Part shown: positions 21,944-34,491 of the stretch, one piece after another
Layout of the letters: every line of letters begins with the position of its first letter
Position numbering within the stretch: position 1 is the stretch's first letter
Source: Podarcis filfolensis
Lineage: Eukaryota
Length of the DNA: 64,000 bases
Direction: 5' to 3' (one strand)
Assembly (NCBI GenBank): GCA_964270895.1
Contig: OZ185437.1
Made by a program: the position numbers and the translations under genes
Notes under the pieces: model-generated
The model's input: only the letters and a program-made list of their open reading frames with translations
Told to the model about the DNA's origin: nothing
The model's database searches: none

Positions 21944-22304
21944 ATAGGTAAAGGTACCCCCTGACCGTTAGGTCCAGTTGCGGGCAACTCTGGGGTTGCG
22001 CGCTCATCTCGCTCTATAGGCCGAGGAAGCCGGCGTTTGTCCAAAGATAGCTTCTGGGTCATGTGGCCAGCATGACTAAGCTGCTTCTGGCAAACCAGAG
22101 CAGCACACGTAAACACCGTTTACCTTCCCGCCAGAGTGGTATCTATTTATCTACTTGCACTTTGATGTGCTTTCGAACTGCTAGGTGGGCAGGAGCTGGG
22201 ACTGAGCAACGGGAGCTCACCCTGTCACTGGGATTCGAACCACCGACCTTCTGATCGGCAAGTCCTAGGCTCTGTGGTTTAGACCACAGTGCCATCCGCG
22301 TCCC
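21944..22304 (-). mobile_element. Sauria SINE, full length
   Basis: tRNA-derived head GGGACGCGGATGGCACTGTGGTCTAAACC...GGTTCGAATCCC, ACCTTTACC-type tail, 14-bp TSD AGCTGAATGGTATA (21930-21943 and 22305-22318). Confidence 0.92.
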
Positions 22305-22482
22305 AGCTGAATGGTATATGCCTAGTTAACTCAAATTTGCATTAGCTAAATTCAGTGTAATTGACATTGATATTTTGAATCAAAAGGTAACTTAAAATTT
22401 AACAAAAGTTACCCACTCTGTTAAAAAAGAAATACAGTATTTCATACTTTTTCGTTTCCAGTAAGAACACATAAGAATCAAC

Positions 22483-22566
22483 ATTTTATAAAATAATGTG
22501 TATTCCTAATTCAGTCTGCCCTTCTTATTTTATAAAATGTGTGTTCCTAATTCAGTCTGCCCTTCT
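22483..22566. repeat. Local tandem duplication of about 42 bp
   Basis: ATTTTATAAAAT...TTCCTAATTCAGTCTGCCCTTCT occurs twice (22483-22525 and 22527-22566). Confidence 0.85.
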
Positions 22567-22843
22567 CAACTAAAACTGAACCCACACCAGTCTACAAGAC
22601 TTTGAATTGAAATACATAATTTACTATCCTTTTAGTTCAGAAATGCATTTTTAATTATGAAAATCAAAGTGTTTCTTTCCGTTTCAAAGTGTAATTCATA
22701 GGCATTTCATTTTTGAACACAGTTCTAGGTCTGTATCACAGAATTAAAGTTAAGCAAGGCCTATCGCTTCACTAAGAGATGCTAGAAGAGACACATGCTG
22801 TATAATATATACATGCATAACATTAGTGTGTATATTTACTTAC

Positions 22844-22849
22844 CCCTCA
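22844..22849 (-). CDS. SNAP91: Exon 11, 6-nt microexon TGAGGG (adds EG, giving GNSEGS)
   Basis: ttgcaacttag|TGAGGG|gtaagt; phase 2-2; recreates the NEGS-like segment of mammalian AP180. Confidence 0.9.
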
Positions 22850-23044
22850 CTAAGTTGCAAAACAGCCATGTACATAAACAAAACAAAAGGGAGGCACATG
22901 TAAAGAAACATTTGTTAATTACAGCTTAATTAACAGCTTGATAAACAAATAGCCTAGATATGTGTTTGGTCAAGACACTAGGAAACTGTTACTGAACATG
23001 CATGGCATACATACAGCTGAGAAATATTAATATGCTTAGTAACT

Positions 23045-23225
23045 GTTATTTATTTATTTCATTTATATCCCATCTTTCCTCTAAGAAGCTCAAGGTGGCA
23101 GACATGGCTCTCGCCCTCCCCCTTCCCCATTTTATCCTAACAAGTCTTGTGAGGCACAGCAAGCTTCACAGTTGAGCAGGGACTTGAAGCTTGGTATCCA
23201 TGATCCTCGTCCAACACATGTAATG
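23045..23225 (-). mobile_element. Degenerate SINE remnant
   Basis: ATTT-rich tail plus similarity to CORE/L2-tailed SINE sequence; heavily diverged. Confidence 0.4.
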
Positions 23226-24061
23226 CCTGTGGCAAACATGCATCCTGACCCTAAGCATGTACATTCAGAAGCCCTACTGAATTCAACTGGACTTACTCCA
23301 AAATTTGCGTAGGGTTGTAATCTAAATCAAGTAACTATAATCTTTAACTGGATTGCATTATGCTTGCATCATGAAATTCAGAACGTCCTGCTTCACTAGA
23401 AACACTGTGCAATACGACACATCAGGAGTACATACTGGAGACCCGTGTTTTCAATTTAGGACATGGATAGCATAATTTTTGGGTGGCTGCTAAGAGGAAG
23501 GTGCCAAAAAACGGAGAATAATTTCCATTACATTTGTGTAGCTTACAATTTATGCTGGGAACCGCCCTGGGATCTATGGATGAAGGGTGGTATACAAATT
23601 TAATACATAATAATAATTCTTTAGACAAAAGGGTATTTGTGTGTATCTATATATCTTCCTATATAAATTAAAAGGTAAGGTAGTCACATGAATTGCAGAG
23701 TGAGAACAGAACAACAGGCCATCCGGGAAGACGAATGAGTGGTGTGGATAGCCCAGGTGAGTTACAGTGGAAGAGACAAAACAAGCCAGGGCAGCTCCTC
23801 AGCAACTGTCCTGCTCTGCTGCCACAGTTTTATGTTGGAGCTATCCTAACATCCTATAACCCCAAATCTAAATAAAGCAAGCATGGGCAGGTCTTATGCT
23901 CTGTTTGCTAGGCTGGGGTGCTCTCTTATGAGGAAGAACTAGGTGCTGGTTTTGGTGCAGTCTGAATATAACAAGGGTATTTAGGTACAGATAACCAAGC
24001 TGATAGGATTAGAGTTGCAGTGTAACAACTTCACATACAGCTCTATCACCTTTCTGCATAC

Positions 24062-24132
24062 CTGTTTCCAGGTTTCTTTCCTTCCAAACTGTTTAGATGT
24101 TGCTCAAGAGTCTCCATAAGACTACTGGGAGC
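24062..24132 (-). CDS. SNAP91: Exon 10 (71 nt), end of ANTH region
   Basis: APSSLMETLEQHLNSLEGKKPGN(S); cttag| ... AG|gtatgc. Confidence 0.95.
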
Positions 24133-25630
24133 CTAAGATAGATAAGGAAAACAAGTTACTCATTTAAAACTAAAGAGTAAGAGCAGCAGCTTGGGAAGTC
24201 CAACATGAACTCCATCTCTTCTCGGAACTAGTCATAACCAGTTACATGCATTTACATGCCATCATCTTAATTCCAAAACACAGCTTTGAGAAAGGAACAC
24301 CACTTCCATGCTGCTATTGAAACTATTATTCTTTGGTTAGAGTACATTGAATATTGTTTTTATTATTAGTCAGAAAACGAAAGTATGAGTCATCGTGCAT
24401 TAGAAATTAACAACAGCACAGGCATTCACAGGTCAAAGTTGCCAATAAATCTAAAATAGATACTTGCATGCATAACTAGAGTTTCTGCATTCAACCTAAT
24501 TAGCTTAACCAAATTTTCCCCAGTCCTCCACACAAGTAGAACTGTAACATAGGTCAGAACTACATATTACAAAAATGGACAGAAAGTGCAGCTGCTCCCT
24601 GTCTTTAATCTCTTGTTTCTGTAACATTAATATAATGCATGAAATGCTGTCATCATGCCACAGCTCTCCCAACATTGACCAGTGATATGAGAGAGGGATT
24701 CACAGTGCAATAACACACATTAGGCTGTATTATCAAGAAATGGCAGGCATTTTGTCTCTGCTATAAATACTGTGTTTATGCGGCAGGTCCAAAAATTTCC
24801 CAGAAGTAGTACATAATTATTTTTTCCAGACCAGAAACCAGGCTGCTGCTGCTGCTTCTTGTTTTTGTTTTTTTTTTTTTAAAAGGCTGGGAATATAGTA
24901 TTTTACATTCTAAAGTGAAGTTTAAAAAATGAGATAAAAGTTTGACACAAGTATTAGTTCTGCAGTTACAGAATAATGCAATTTGATCGATTGATTGATT
25001 TCCCCCCTTTGATCCCTTCAATATTATTTTTTAAGAGAGAGTTCCCAACATGCGCTTGCTGTTGTTACAATGAGAAAGGAAAGGTAAGTACAGTAAGAAT
25101 GACTAACAGTGTCCTTAGCTCCTCCAGGATAAAAATAGTGCCTAGATAAGCAGATTTCCACAAAGTCACTGATGAAAGAAGAAAACTTCAGAGGTACAGA
25201 AGTGGATGCAAGCCATATTTTATCAAGATTACCGGTTCATCAATTGTATAGTCTTTAAATGGGGACTTTTCATTATCACCACTGTTTTTCAGATCACATA
25301 GAACTCTGGTCAGCAACACCTAAGGGTTTTTTTTACATACATAAAATAGATTTACACAGAAATTAAGCAGGTTACCCGGAACAATGTGCAAAAACTTGCT
25401 GTTTGGACTATATTAGCAATGCATAGAGCCCTAAATCCTTTGAGATTAACAGTCTTAACCCTAAACAGAGGCTTCTACAATATAACAGATGAACTGTTTC
25501 ACAGGGCAGTGCTTTAGTTTATAAGCAGTTGCCCAAACCTCAAAAGTCAACTTCAAATGTTGCTAAAAGAGAAAGCATTAGATATATATGTTAACAAATT
25601 TAGCATCTTACTTGCTTCTAATCTGTAATA

Positions 25631-25991
25631 CCACATTTACTTGAATGTAATACGCACTTTTTTTGGCCAAATTACGTTGTGAAAATTAGGGTGCACATTA
25701 TACCATATTTTTCCAAGTATAAGGAAAAGGCTAGGTTTTTTTCCTAAAAAATAATGTCAAAAATTAGGGGGCGTCTTATACTCTGGACCATCTCCCCCCA
25801 TTTTCTTAAATCCAAGTCCCTAAAAATAGGGGGCGTCTTATGCATGGGGCGTCTTATAGACAGAAAAATACAGTATTTGATGGTGCATTAGATTCGATTG
25901 CAAGCCTGAAAAACACTGCTGGCACAGCAAATACTTTTTTGGTTTCAAGGTTGTGAAAACTGAAGTGTGCATTAGATTCACATAAATACGG
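25631..25991. mobile_element. Degenerate mariner/pogo-like MITE containing a second, nested MITE (25703-25873)
   Basis: Outer ends TA-CCACATTT...GAATGTAATACGCAC and GTGCATTAGATTC...AAATACGG; inner element TA-CCATATTTTTCC ... GAAAAATACAG-TA. Confidence 0.55.
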
Positions 25992-28659
25992 TGTGTGAAG
26001 CAGTGCTATTGATTCTGGCTTTCCTGGGTTGTAGATAATTTTTTTTTTAAGGAACAAAGGGCAAGAGTGAGGATGATACAGCTGGCTTAGGAACACTAAC
26101 AGCCCAGGCTAGTTCTAGAAAAAACAACAACATGTAACTCTCTTCTGCTGTTAGCAAAGGACATATCCATAAGATTCTTATTATAATATGTGAAATTAAT
26201 GGGGCTTACACTAAAGGTGCAGATCTCATCTCTTAGTGCACTAATGACAGCCTTCTCTAAAATGGTTTTTAGAATATAAATTCCACTTAGAATGCATTGT
26301 AGTAATAACACTCCATGTCCTGCATAGTACTAATGATACCAAGTACTTATCTCAAATAAAGTACTTGATAGCAAGAACAAATCCTCCTCTTAGCGATAGA
26401 GTTAATTAGTATTTCTAGCCACCACCATAAACTGCGAATGTAGTTAATGGAGCAAGGAACATCTTTAGGATGTTGAGTACACAGCCACGAAATGTGTTCC
26501 ACATCTCACTAAATACAACGAATTAATATGCAGTCACCCAGAAGGCGGCATGATTTAAATCGAGTCTCCTCATTCATCTATTTTCCAAACAAGCATGCAA
26601 ATTGACTGGTTGCTATAAACAATTAAAGTATGTCAATTTGCAATTACACTAGGCCTTTATACTACCTAGGAACATATTCCAAAACTTTATAATCTCCCTG
26701 ACAATGCAGTATGGGCAAGCAGCTAAGAAAGAAGGGTGAAACCAGATTTTATGAATAGGCATAATGTTAATTGCCTTTGGAGTTCCCAGTTATGGGTGTT
26801 TATTGTTTATTGAAACCAAGGAAAAGTAACCTGGCCAACAACCTTGTTTAAACATGATTTGTTTGGTCACATCATTGCACAAACTCACCAAGCTACAGAA
26901 GTACAAGGCAAGACCAGCTAGAAAACAAAACAAGTTCTGGAGGAACAAACTGTTGCTTGTTTGCTTATCTGTGATATGACAACTCATGGTTGACTGAATA
27001 AACTATGGCTAAAGCAAGCCTTGGCTTATAATTATCTGAAAAACAGCAAATGTTTTCAGACAGAAGTGATTTTAAGAGACTGTCATTATAGCCTTTGTAT
27101 TATGTTCAAATGTAGTGTCACACTTTTAAAGGGGCCCCTTAAAACTTTTATATGGTTTTTCAATTTAAAAATATTAATATAAATAAAGAAACAAAGTCAT
27201 TTTAAGTGGTGAAAATAAAGTTTCAAGAACTAGATCAATAAAATCAGTTGACTGTCAAAAGACTAAGCAAGGTGTCAACAGAAGCCTCTATATGGAAGAC
27301 ATTTCAGAGACTGGGCAGATGTTCTCTTGCATTCCAACATACTGAACTTCACACACTGGGTGAGAGGAATAATGAACAGGACCTCAGCTTCTGAACAGAA
27401 TGCCAGAGTAGGTTCAGAGCACCAAAGAATGTGGCCTGTAAGGTTTCTGGAGCCAGACCATTTCAGCTTTAAAAGGTTAAGACCAGCTTTTGAATTTGAG
27501 CCCAGAGACAAACTGGTAGCTTGTGCAGCTCAATCACTGATGGTGATGACTAAAAAATAATAATAGATTATTATCCACTGTTTTTCATGTTGGAAATCCC
27601 ATCCACTCTCTTTAATTTGGCTCTGTTTCAATTTTACTCTCATTGGCTTCTCCACTTGCACTCCTCTGTCATAGCCCAGCACTACTCAAGGAGAGATAAT
27701 GTCAAGACAAGAAAATGCAAGCTGGGTGGCCATACTTCATAAAAATGCTGCCTAAAATGACAAACAAAACATCACTGCCTTGCTAACTTTTCACCCCAAA
27801 TGTACACCAGGAATCTGAGCAAAACCATTGAAGATTAACCCTTTGAATACTTGTGAGAACCATGTAACTTACCGATAATGTAAATATTAATAATAACTCA
27901 CAAAGAGCAGCTGAATACAATTTCCCTATATCCAGGCTCAGTTAGCTACTGACTAGAACTGAAAGTTGTGCTGTCCCTATCTTGACTAGCATAGAGGCAC
28001 CAACTTATATTAACCCCCACAATAATTCTCTTTGGACTTTCACATATGACTAGGCCACTTGCATATTTTCTGTTTTATGAAAGTACACATCACCTGGGCA
28101 TGTGTAGGGAGAAAACACCATAGAGGAAAAATTAAATCAGGGAAGTAGGTTCAGGGGTTAGTCCTCATCTGCAGGTGCAGTATTGTAAACAACAACAGCA
28201 ACATCAATCTATAAATTAAACAATGCTAAGCAAGAGACCTTTGGTATGAAGGAAGACAGTCTCAAGGTACTCCTTCTGCTGAGCTATATTTAAAGTTCCC
28301 CCCACCCCCGGATATTAAAATAGCTTTTCTGTGAAAAAACACAAGCTTCAGCAGAAGAAAAAGCATATATATTTTTTACTCTTTTTATCTCTTACTCTGC
28401 CATATCATACACCTGTTTCAATGAGGCTGGGGATTAGCCAGCATATTGCTTTTCTTCAGAGGATACACACTGGTGTGTGCAGTAAAATATTTGAATTGAT
28501 CATGCTCCAAAGCTCTCTTATTAGTAAATCCTCAAAAAGTAAACAAGAATGGAAAACCAACAGCATTCCGGCACCCCTAACTGAACTGCCATGAGTTTTC
28601 TTAAGGCAATCTTCTAAAGGGCTGCAAAAGCCTACAGAAGCACAGGAATGATTATTGAA

Positions 28660-29720
28660 CAACGAAAGAGAGTCCACCACCTTCCGAAGGAGTCCGTTCC
28701 ACTGTCAAACAGCTCTTACTGTCAGAAAGTTCTTCCTTATGTAGTTGGAATCTCATTTCTTGTAACTTGAAGCCATTGGTTTGGATCCTAGCCTCCGGAG
28801 AAGGAGAAAACAAGCTAGCTCCATCCTCCACATCCTGTCACACTACACTTTATTTGAAGATGACTATCATATCTCCTCTCAGTCTCCTCTTATCCAGGCT
28901 AAACATATCCAACTCCTTCAACTGCTCCTCCTAAGGCTTGCTTTCCAGACCCTTGATCATCTTGGTTGCCCTCCTCAACACACATTCCAGCTTGTCCATA
29001 TCCTTCCTAAATCGTGGTGCCCAGAACTGGACACAGTACTCCAGGTGTGGTCTGACAAATACTAGAATACCGTGGTTCCATTGATCAGGACATTATCCTT
29101 CTATTAAGGATAGCAGCCTAGAATAGCATTAGCTTTTTTCGCTGCTGCATCACACTGTTGGCTCATGTTAAACCTGTGGCCTACAAGACCCCTAAATCCT
29201 TTTCTCACATGTACTACTGGCAAGCTGGTTCTTCCTGCCTAAATGCAGAGCCTTACATTTGTTCCTTTTGAAATTCATTTTGCTAGTTTGGACCAGCTTT
29301 CCAATCTGTTATGGTCATATTGAATCCCAGTTCTGCCTTCTGTGGCATTAGCTACCCCTCCCAGTTTGGTGTCATCCAAGTTGTTTATAAAGACATTGAA
29401 CAACAACAGATCCAGGACAGAACCCTGAAGCACCCCACTTGTCACTTTTTTCCAGGATGATGAGGAACCATTCGTGAGCACTCTTTGGGTTCAATGAGTC
29501 AATCAGCTATGAATCTAGCCCACATTTTACCAGCTTCTCCACAAGAATGTCATGGAGGACTTTGTCAAAAGCCTTACTGAAATTAAGACATACTACGTCC
29601 ACGGCATTCCCCTGATACACCAAGCTTGTAACGATCAAAAAAAGAAATGAGATTCATCTGGCACGACTTATTTTTGAGAAATCCATGCTGGGTCTTTGTA
29701 ATCACAGCACCCTGTTCTAA
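28660..29720 (-). mobile_element. CR1 LINE ORF2 (reverse transcriptase) fragment, decayed
   Basis: NGSSSSWKKVTSGVLQGSVL..LLFNVFINNLDDTKLGG, with the FADD region deleted; further YCVQFWAP-like and frameshifted segments. Confidence 0.9.
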
Positions 29721-30517
29721 CAGACCGACTGTTTAATTATCTGGGAGGTCAACTAACAGAGGTCATGCTGCTGTGCAGTTGAAGGTAAAGCAATCTCATT
29801 TATATGCAAGAGTCTTAATGATTAATCTCAAGGATAGGGATGCCACAATAATGTTTTTAAGTGTTCGATCCCTTGATTACATTTCTGTGTAATGACTTAG
29901 CAGCATACTTCCTAGGCCTTTAAAATGTGGTCCACATGTATTCTTACATAAATGTTTACAGCAATTCTGTAAGGCAAGCCAATGTTACTCCACATTACAG
30001 ATGGGAGCTGAGAGATAGGCTTTCCTGTGGTCATCCAGGGAACAGAGATTTAACTCGAATTCTTGACCAGTACACTAGCTCTCTGGCTTCTGGTAATTTA
30101 TCACCTTATCTTTAGTCGTATTATGGCAGCCCTAAACTTGTCTCTTGTCTAGAGACAAAAGGTAACCCAGTGAAAGTGATGTCATGGACTAGGTCAAAGC
30201 ATGGATTCAGTACTTAAGAATTTCCTCTCCCAGATGCATTACTCACACTCTCAGCTTCTGGGATCAATCTGCACCTCTGGAAGGGAGAAGAAATATGCAG
30301 TCTTTTCATTGCTTATCTCTTAATTAAATGTGGCCTTAAAAATGAAGTCCTCTTCTGGGAACAAAAAGCGGATTGACATCTGTCAAAATAGTTGCTGTTT
30401 TCAGGAGGCATATGCTGATGTTTAAAATATGAGTAACGCCATTAGGTTGCATGCTAAATGAACAGAAGTTATTTTTGCTATTGTTAAACCAACCACCAAG
30501 CTAAATATAATTTAGGA

Positions 30518-32208
30518 GACTTCCGGGTTGGCGCCATCGCCGAATGGCGGACTCCCTCCGAGCTCCGGAGGGAGCCGGCTCGGCAGGGGCTGGGTTTTAC
30601 CGCACCGGCGATGCGGAGACCCTTAGAAACCACGGCCACGGGGGCCGTGGACTTGGAGACTCGGCTAGCACCGCTAGCGCCCTCCCGACTCGTGAAGGAG
30701 CCTTTTTAAAGGCTACGGATCGGGTGCCGGGGAGAAGCGTGGTGCTTTGAGTCCTCTGCCATCCCTGCCGAGCGAAGCCGCATGCCATCCGGCGGAGAGC
30801 GCTGACTTCTTCCATTGAGAATTTGGACTTTTAACAACAACCCGTGAGTAAATTGGAAATCGGGTTTAAAAGAAGAAAAATTTTTTGGATTTGAGACGAG
30901 CGGGGGGGGATCTAAAAAGGAAGTCAGTCCCCCTCCCTATTGTAGACATTTTAAAACAAGGATTGGGAAGCCAAGGCCCAAAAAGAACGGTATCTTTGCT
31001 AAAATCAAGAATTCCATGATGGGGAAGTACAAGAATTGTGCTGGAGGAAGAATTGAAGGAGAAGGAAAATGCACCCCCCTCCCTGGGAACCGGGGCGATT
31101 GAGGAGTGAGCCTGGTGAAAAGAGCCGGTGATTTTGACAGCTGTCAAAGTAGCTGTCAAAGTCGGAATTTTAAAGAGGATTTTATTACAAGGACCTTGCT
31201 GGTCAAATTTGTTACAACTTGATATAATTTGTTAAGACTTGAATACAAAATGGCGAAAATACGGAGAACAATCGGATTTTTGGAAACAAAGCTACAACAA
31301 CCCCCCTAGAGGAGCTTCGGGACATTACAAAGATGGGCGTAAGCCGGGAAAAATACAATACTTCGGAATTTCACAGAACTGGTTATCTCCTGGGAAAGCT
31401 GCAAAACTGAAACTGAATCTCGTCTACAGGGTGTTTAGACTAAAAGGAGACAACAGAATACTTTACTGAAGAAGGAAGGGACTGAACGCAAGTTTTTGTT
31501 CCTGAATAACAACAACCCATGTAGAGTTACTAAACTTCTGAATAAGAAAGTTTTAGCAGCGGAACAAGAGGAAGCTGGACTATAACCTTGAAAGAACAAT
31601 GGGGGGAATTTTATAATTTGACATTTTTAAAGATTTAGGAATTAATTTTTAAAAAGTAATCCTAAAAATGGGAAATAATTCTGCAAGGAGTTGGGGGAAA
31701 AATGGGATTGATGGACTTAAGATTTCCAGGCTGGAAACATAGATTGGAGGATAAGGGAAATTAAACCGGGGAAGGGGAGGGAGAATTAGAATCCAAAGGC
31801 TTGCAACTATTTTCTGAATTGGTTTTCTCTTTTCTAATATATTTCTTATTTTTTTATACTTTTATTCTGTGTGCTTTTACTTTAATGGGAAAAAAGGGGG
31901 ACATTGTGGAAAGAAAAGGGGGTGGGCTATGGGGAGAGATCTTTTGCTTTTTTTTATCAAGGGTGTTGCATAAGGTTTGTATAAATTTAAATTTGAACAA
32001 TGGGGTATATAAATTGTGCTTTAAATCAGAAACAGAACTTGTGGAAACAACAATATGAAAGGGGAATACGGTAGGGGTGGGGGAAGGGGGGAGTCCCAGA
32101 AAGTAGATGTTTGAAAATAAGGTTCTGAATGTATCTTCATAATTTCTTTTCTTCTCTTTCTGTATTTTGGAAACTTCAATAAATATTATTTAAAAAAAAA
32201 AAAAAAAA
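30518..32208 (+). mobile_element. Non-LTR retroelement, L1-like and non-autonomous (1691 bp)
   Basis: Perfect 16-bp TSD TAAATATAATTTAGGA (30502-30517 and 32209-32224); CpG-rich 5' end starting GACTTCCGGGTTGGCGCCAT; AATAAA at 32178-32183; A17 tail at 32192-32208; no ORF over 100 aa. The L1 assignment is inferred from this architecture. Confidence 0.8.
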
Positions 32209-32230
32209 TAAATATAATTTAGGAACTTAC

Positions 32231-32272
32231 TTGTGTAAGATCAGGAATGTCTCCTTTATCAAGTCCAATTTG
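32231..32272 (-). CDS. SNAP91: Exon 9 (42 nt)
   Basis: QIGLDKGDIPDLTQ; ccacag| ... CAA|gtaagt. Confidence 0.95.
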
Positions 32273-33022
32273 CTGTGGATAATGAAAAAATAATAATTCA
32301 GAAATGTTCTTTTGTTTATGCTTAACAAGTCCAGAAATACTAAATAGGTCAAATTGACTACTGCATCTGAACTGTGATTTTAACTCACTTTGAAGCTCCA
32401 TTTGTAATATCCACATCCAGGTGCTTTAAAATTAATGCATATTTGTAGAAATATGCAATACATTCATTGCCCTACAGAACTGCAACTCTGGATGGAGAAC
32501 TTCTCTCAAACACAGATGGATGCAGCAAAACGTTTGTGCACAGAGCTGGTCCCAGGCTGTGTCCTTCTGACCCGCTCTACGCATAAAAATGAATACCTGA
32601 AATTGAAGAACTCATATCTATTTAAAGATGGGTTTTCCCTAACTTGGGATATAAAAATTGCTGTTCTGTCAGAAAGATAATGATGCAGCAGCTATTCCCA
32701 CCAGCAGGCTGCTGGTCTACTACTATCATCTTAACTGGTATAACATGAATATACTGTAGAATGCCAAAGCAGAGACTAATGATATTTTATTTGCATTTTG
32801 GTGACATCCTGAACAGCTAACACTTTCCACAAAATTAAATAAATGTCAAAGAAATTTTACACAATGTAGTTTATTTATGGACGTGGCGTTTGATCTAAAC
32901 ACATACAAAGAGAGTATCTGAACAACAACTCAGTTTGCTATCAAGTAGATAATTGTGGGGGAAATCACATGCCTAGATAGCAACCATGACAACCAACATG
33001 CCACAGTGGAAGATTCACTTAC

Positions 33023-33129
33023 CTCTGCAACTTTGAGGAATTCTGATACTCTTGTCATTCTAGTCAGAAACCGCTTGTAAATCTCAAGAGCATCTTTGCA
33101 CTGTCCCTTCTTCATTTCAAAGAATTTCT
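33023..33129 (-). CDS. SNAP91: Exon 8 (107 nt), ANTH
   Basis: (E)[35 protein letters not shown]; ttccag| ... GAG|gtaagt. Confidence 0.97.
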
Positions 33130-33732
33130 CTGGAATAAATGACATATTCATTTTTAATCCACAAAACTTTTACATTATTCATACCAAGTCTTCATCTGCA
33201 GATTATTGCACAAGCAGAAAAGCACTTCTGCATATGCTCAGCAGCCCTGCTCAATTCCTTGGCTTTCCCTGTCCTGCTGCAGACTTCCCATGCCCAATCT
33301 CTCACTGTTCCTGAACTCCATGCGGCGCTGGCTGCAGAAGGCTGCACTATGAGACCAGCAGCCATGACTAACTGCTGCTTTGGATCCAAGTTTGCTGAAG
33401 CTATGAGAGGGGCAATGAGAGAAACACTTGGGGTTTCCAAGTGAAAATATGTGTTGATAAACCATATTTCTTAAAGACACTAGCCTCTGCTGTTCCTTGA
33501 TCTTCCCAAAGGAAACAATGCTGGGTATGTGCCTGGAACCCCTGGAATCTTGCAACGCTTTTGGAATTTGGGGTGGCATGGAACAATATAGAAAAGAACA
33601 CAGCTGAATGTGAGAGAATCATGCGCTTGGAAAATAAGATGGCTTCTTCCTCTCTTAACAAGATTAAGCTGCAGAACTACTATTCTCTTGGAGCAATGTA
33701 ACGTTAAAAACATGCTACATCAAATTACTTAC

Positions 33733-33844
33733 CTAATAAGTTAATAACTCCATCATTGTAACAAGCGAAAAGCTTGATGAGATCTTTGAACAGAAGCATA
33801 AATGCAGCATTTATAACACCATTTGTCAGCTCATTTGGATGAAC
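33733..33844 (-). CDS. SNAP91: Exon 7 (112 nt), ANTH
   Basis: [37 protein letters not shown](E); tgtag| ... TAG|gtaagt. Confidence 0.97.
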
Positions 33845-34491
33845 CTACATAAAAATTAGAACCCATGGTTGTTAATTGTGATTTGAAATGTTGGAGCTAT
33901 GTCATATCTTAGAACAAAGTTAAATACTATTGAATATGTACATTGTTCAGGCGCACGCAGGACTGAAGTCTGTTTCATGCATATAAACAGAATATACAAA
34001 TTATGTGTGAAAATCCAGACAAATCTGAAGCAAATTTAAAGTACCAAGGTTCATCTCATTTCAAGGGAACAACAGGAGCTGGAGAAAAACTTCATTTCTG
34101 CCTCTCAGAAATATCCAAATTCTATCTCTCTCAACTGTTGGAAAATACAATGATGCAAAAGGGAAAATGCACCGACAAACAATCCTCAGCATGATCTTGC
34201 ACAACTGTGAACAATGCACACTTTGTGTGTATGTACGTGTATGTGCTGCTAGCGATTGGAAGACCAAGTTTTGTTATGGACCTTCAGTTAAATGCAAAAA
34301 TGTTATTCAGTACGGTTCAATTCACAATTTTCTGCCACATTCTTTCTGCACCTTGGAGAAGCTTGCCAAAAGAAATAAGAAGTTAGTACAAGTTCATAAG
34401 GTTTGAAGTTATATTATGTTTCTACAGTGACCTAAAGTGGGAAGTGTTTTCCTTTTATCATAAAAGAATTTAGAAAACTGTAAATACATAC

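Noticed and set aside
22200-22304. tRNA gene
   Set aside because: The A/B-box-like sequence is the head of the Sauria SINE; no complete cloverleaf.
25081-25090. Consensus donor AAG|gtaagt on the + strand (antisense transcript?)
   Set aside because: A single isolated site, with no supporting + strand acceptor chain or promoter.
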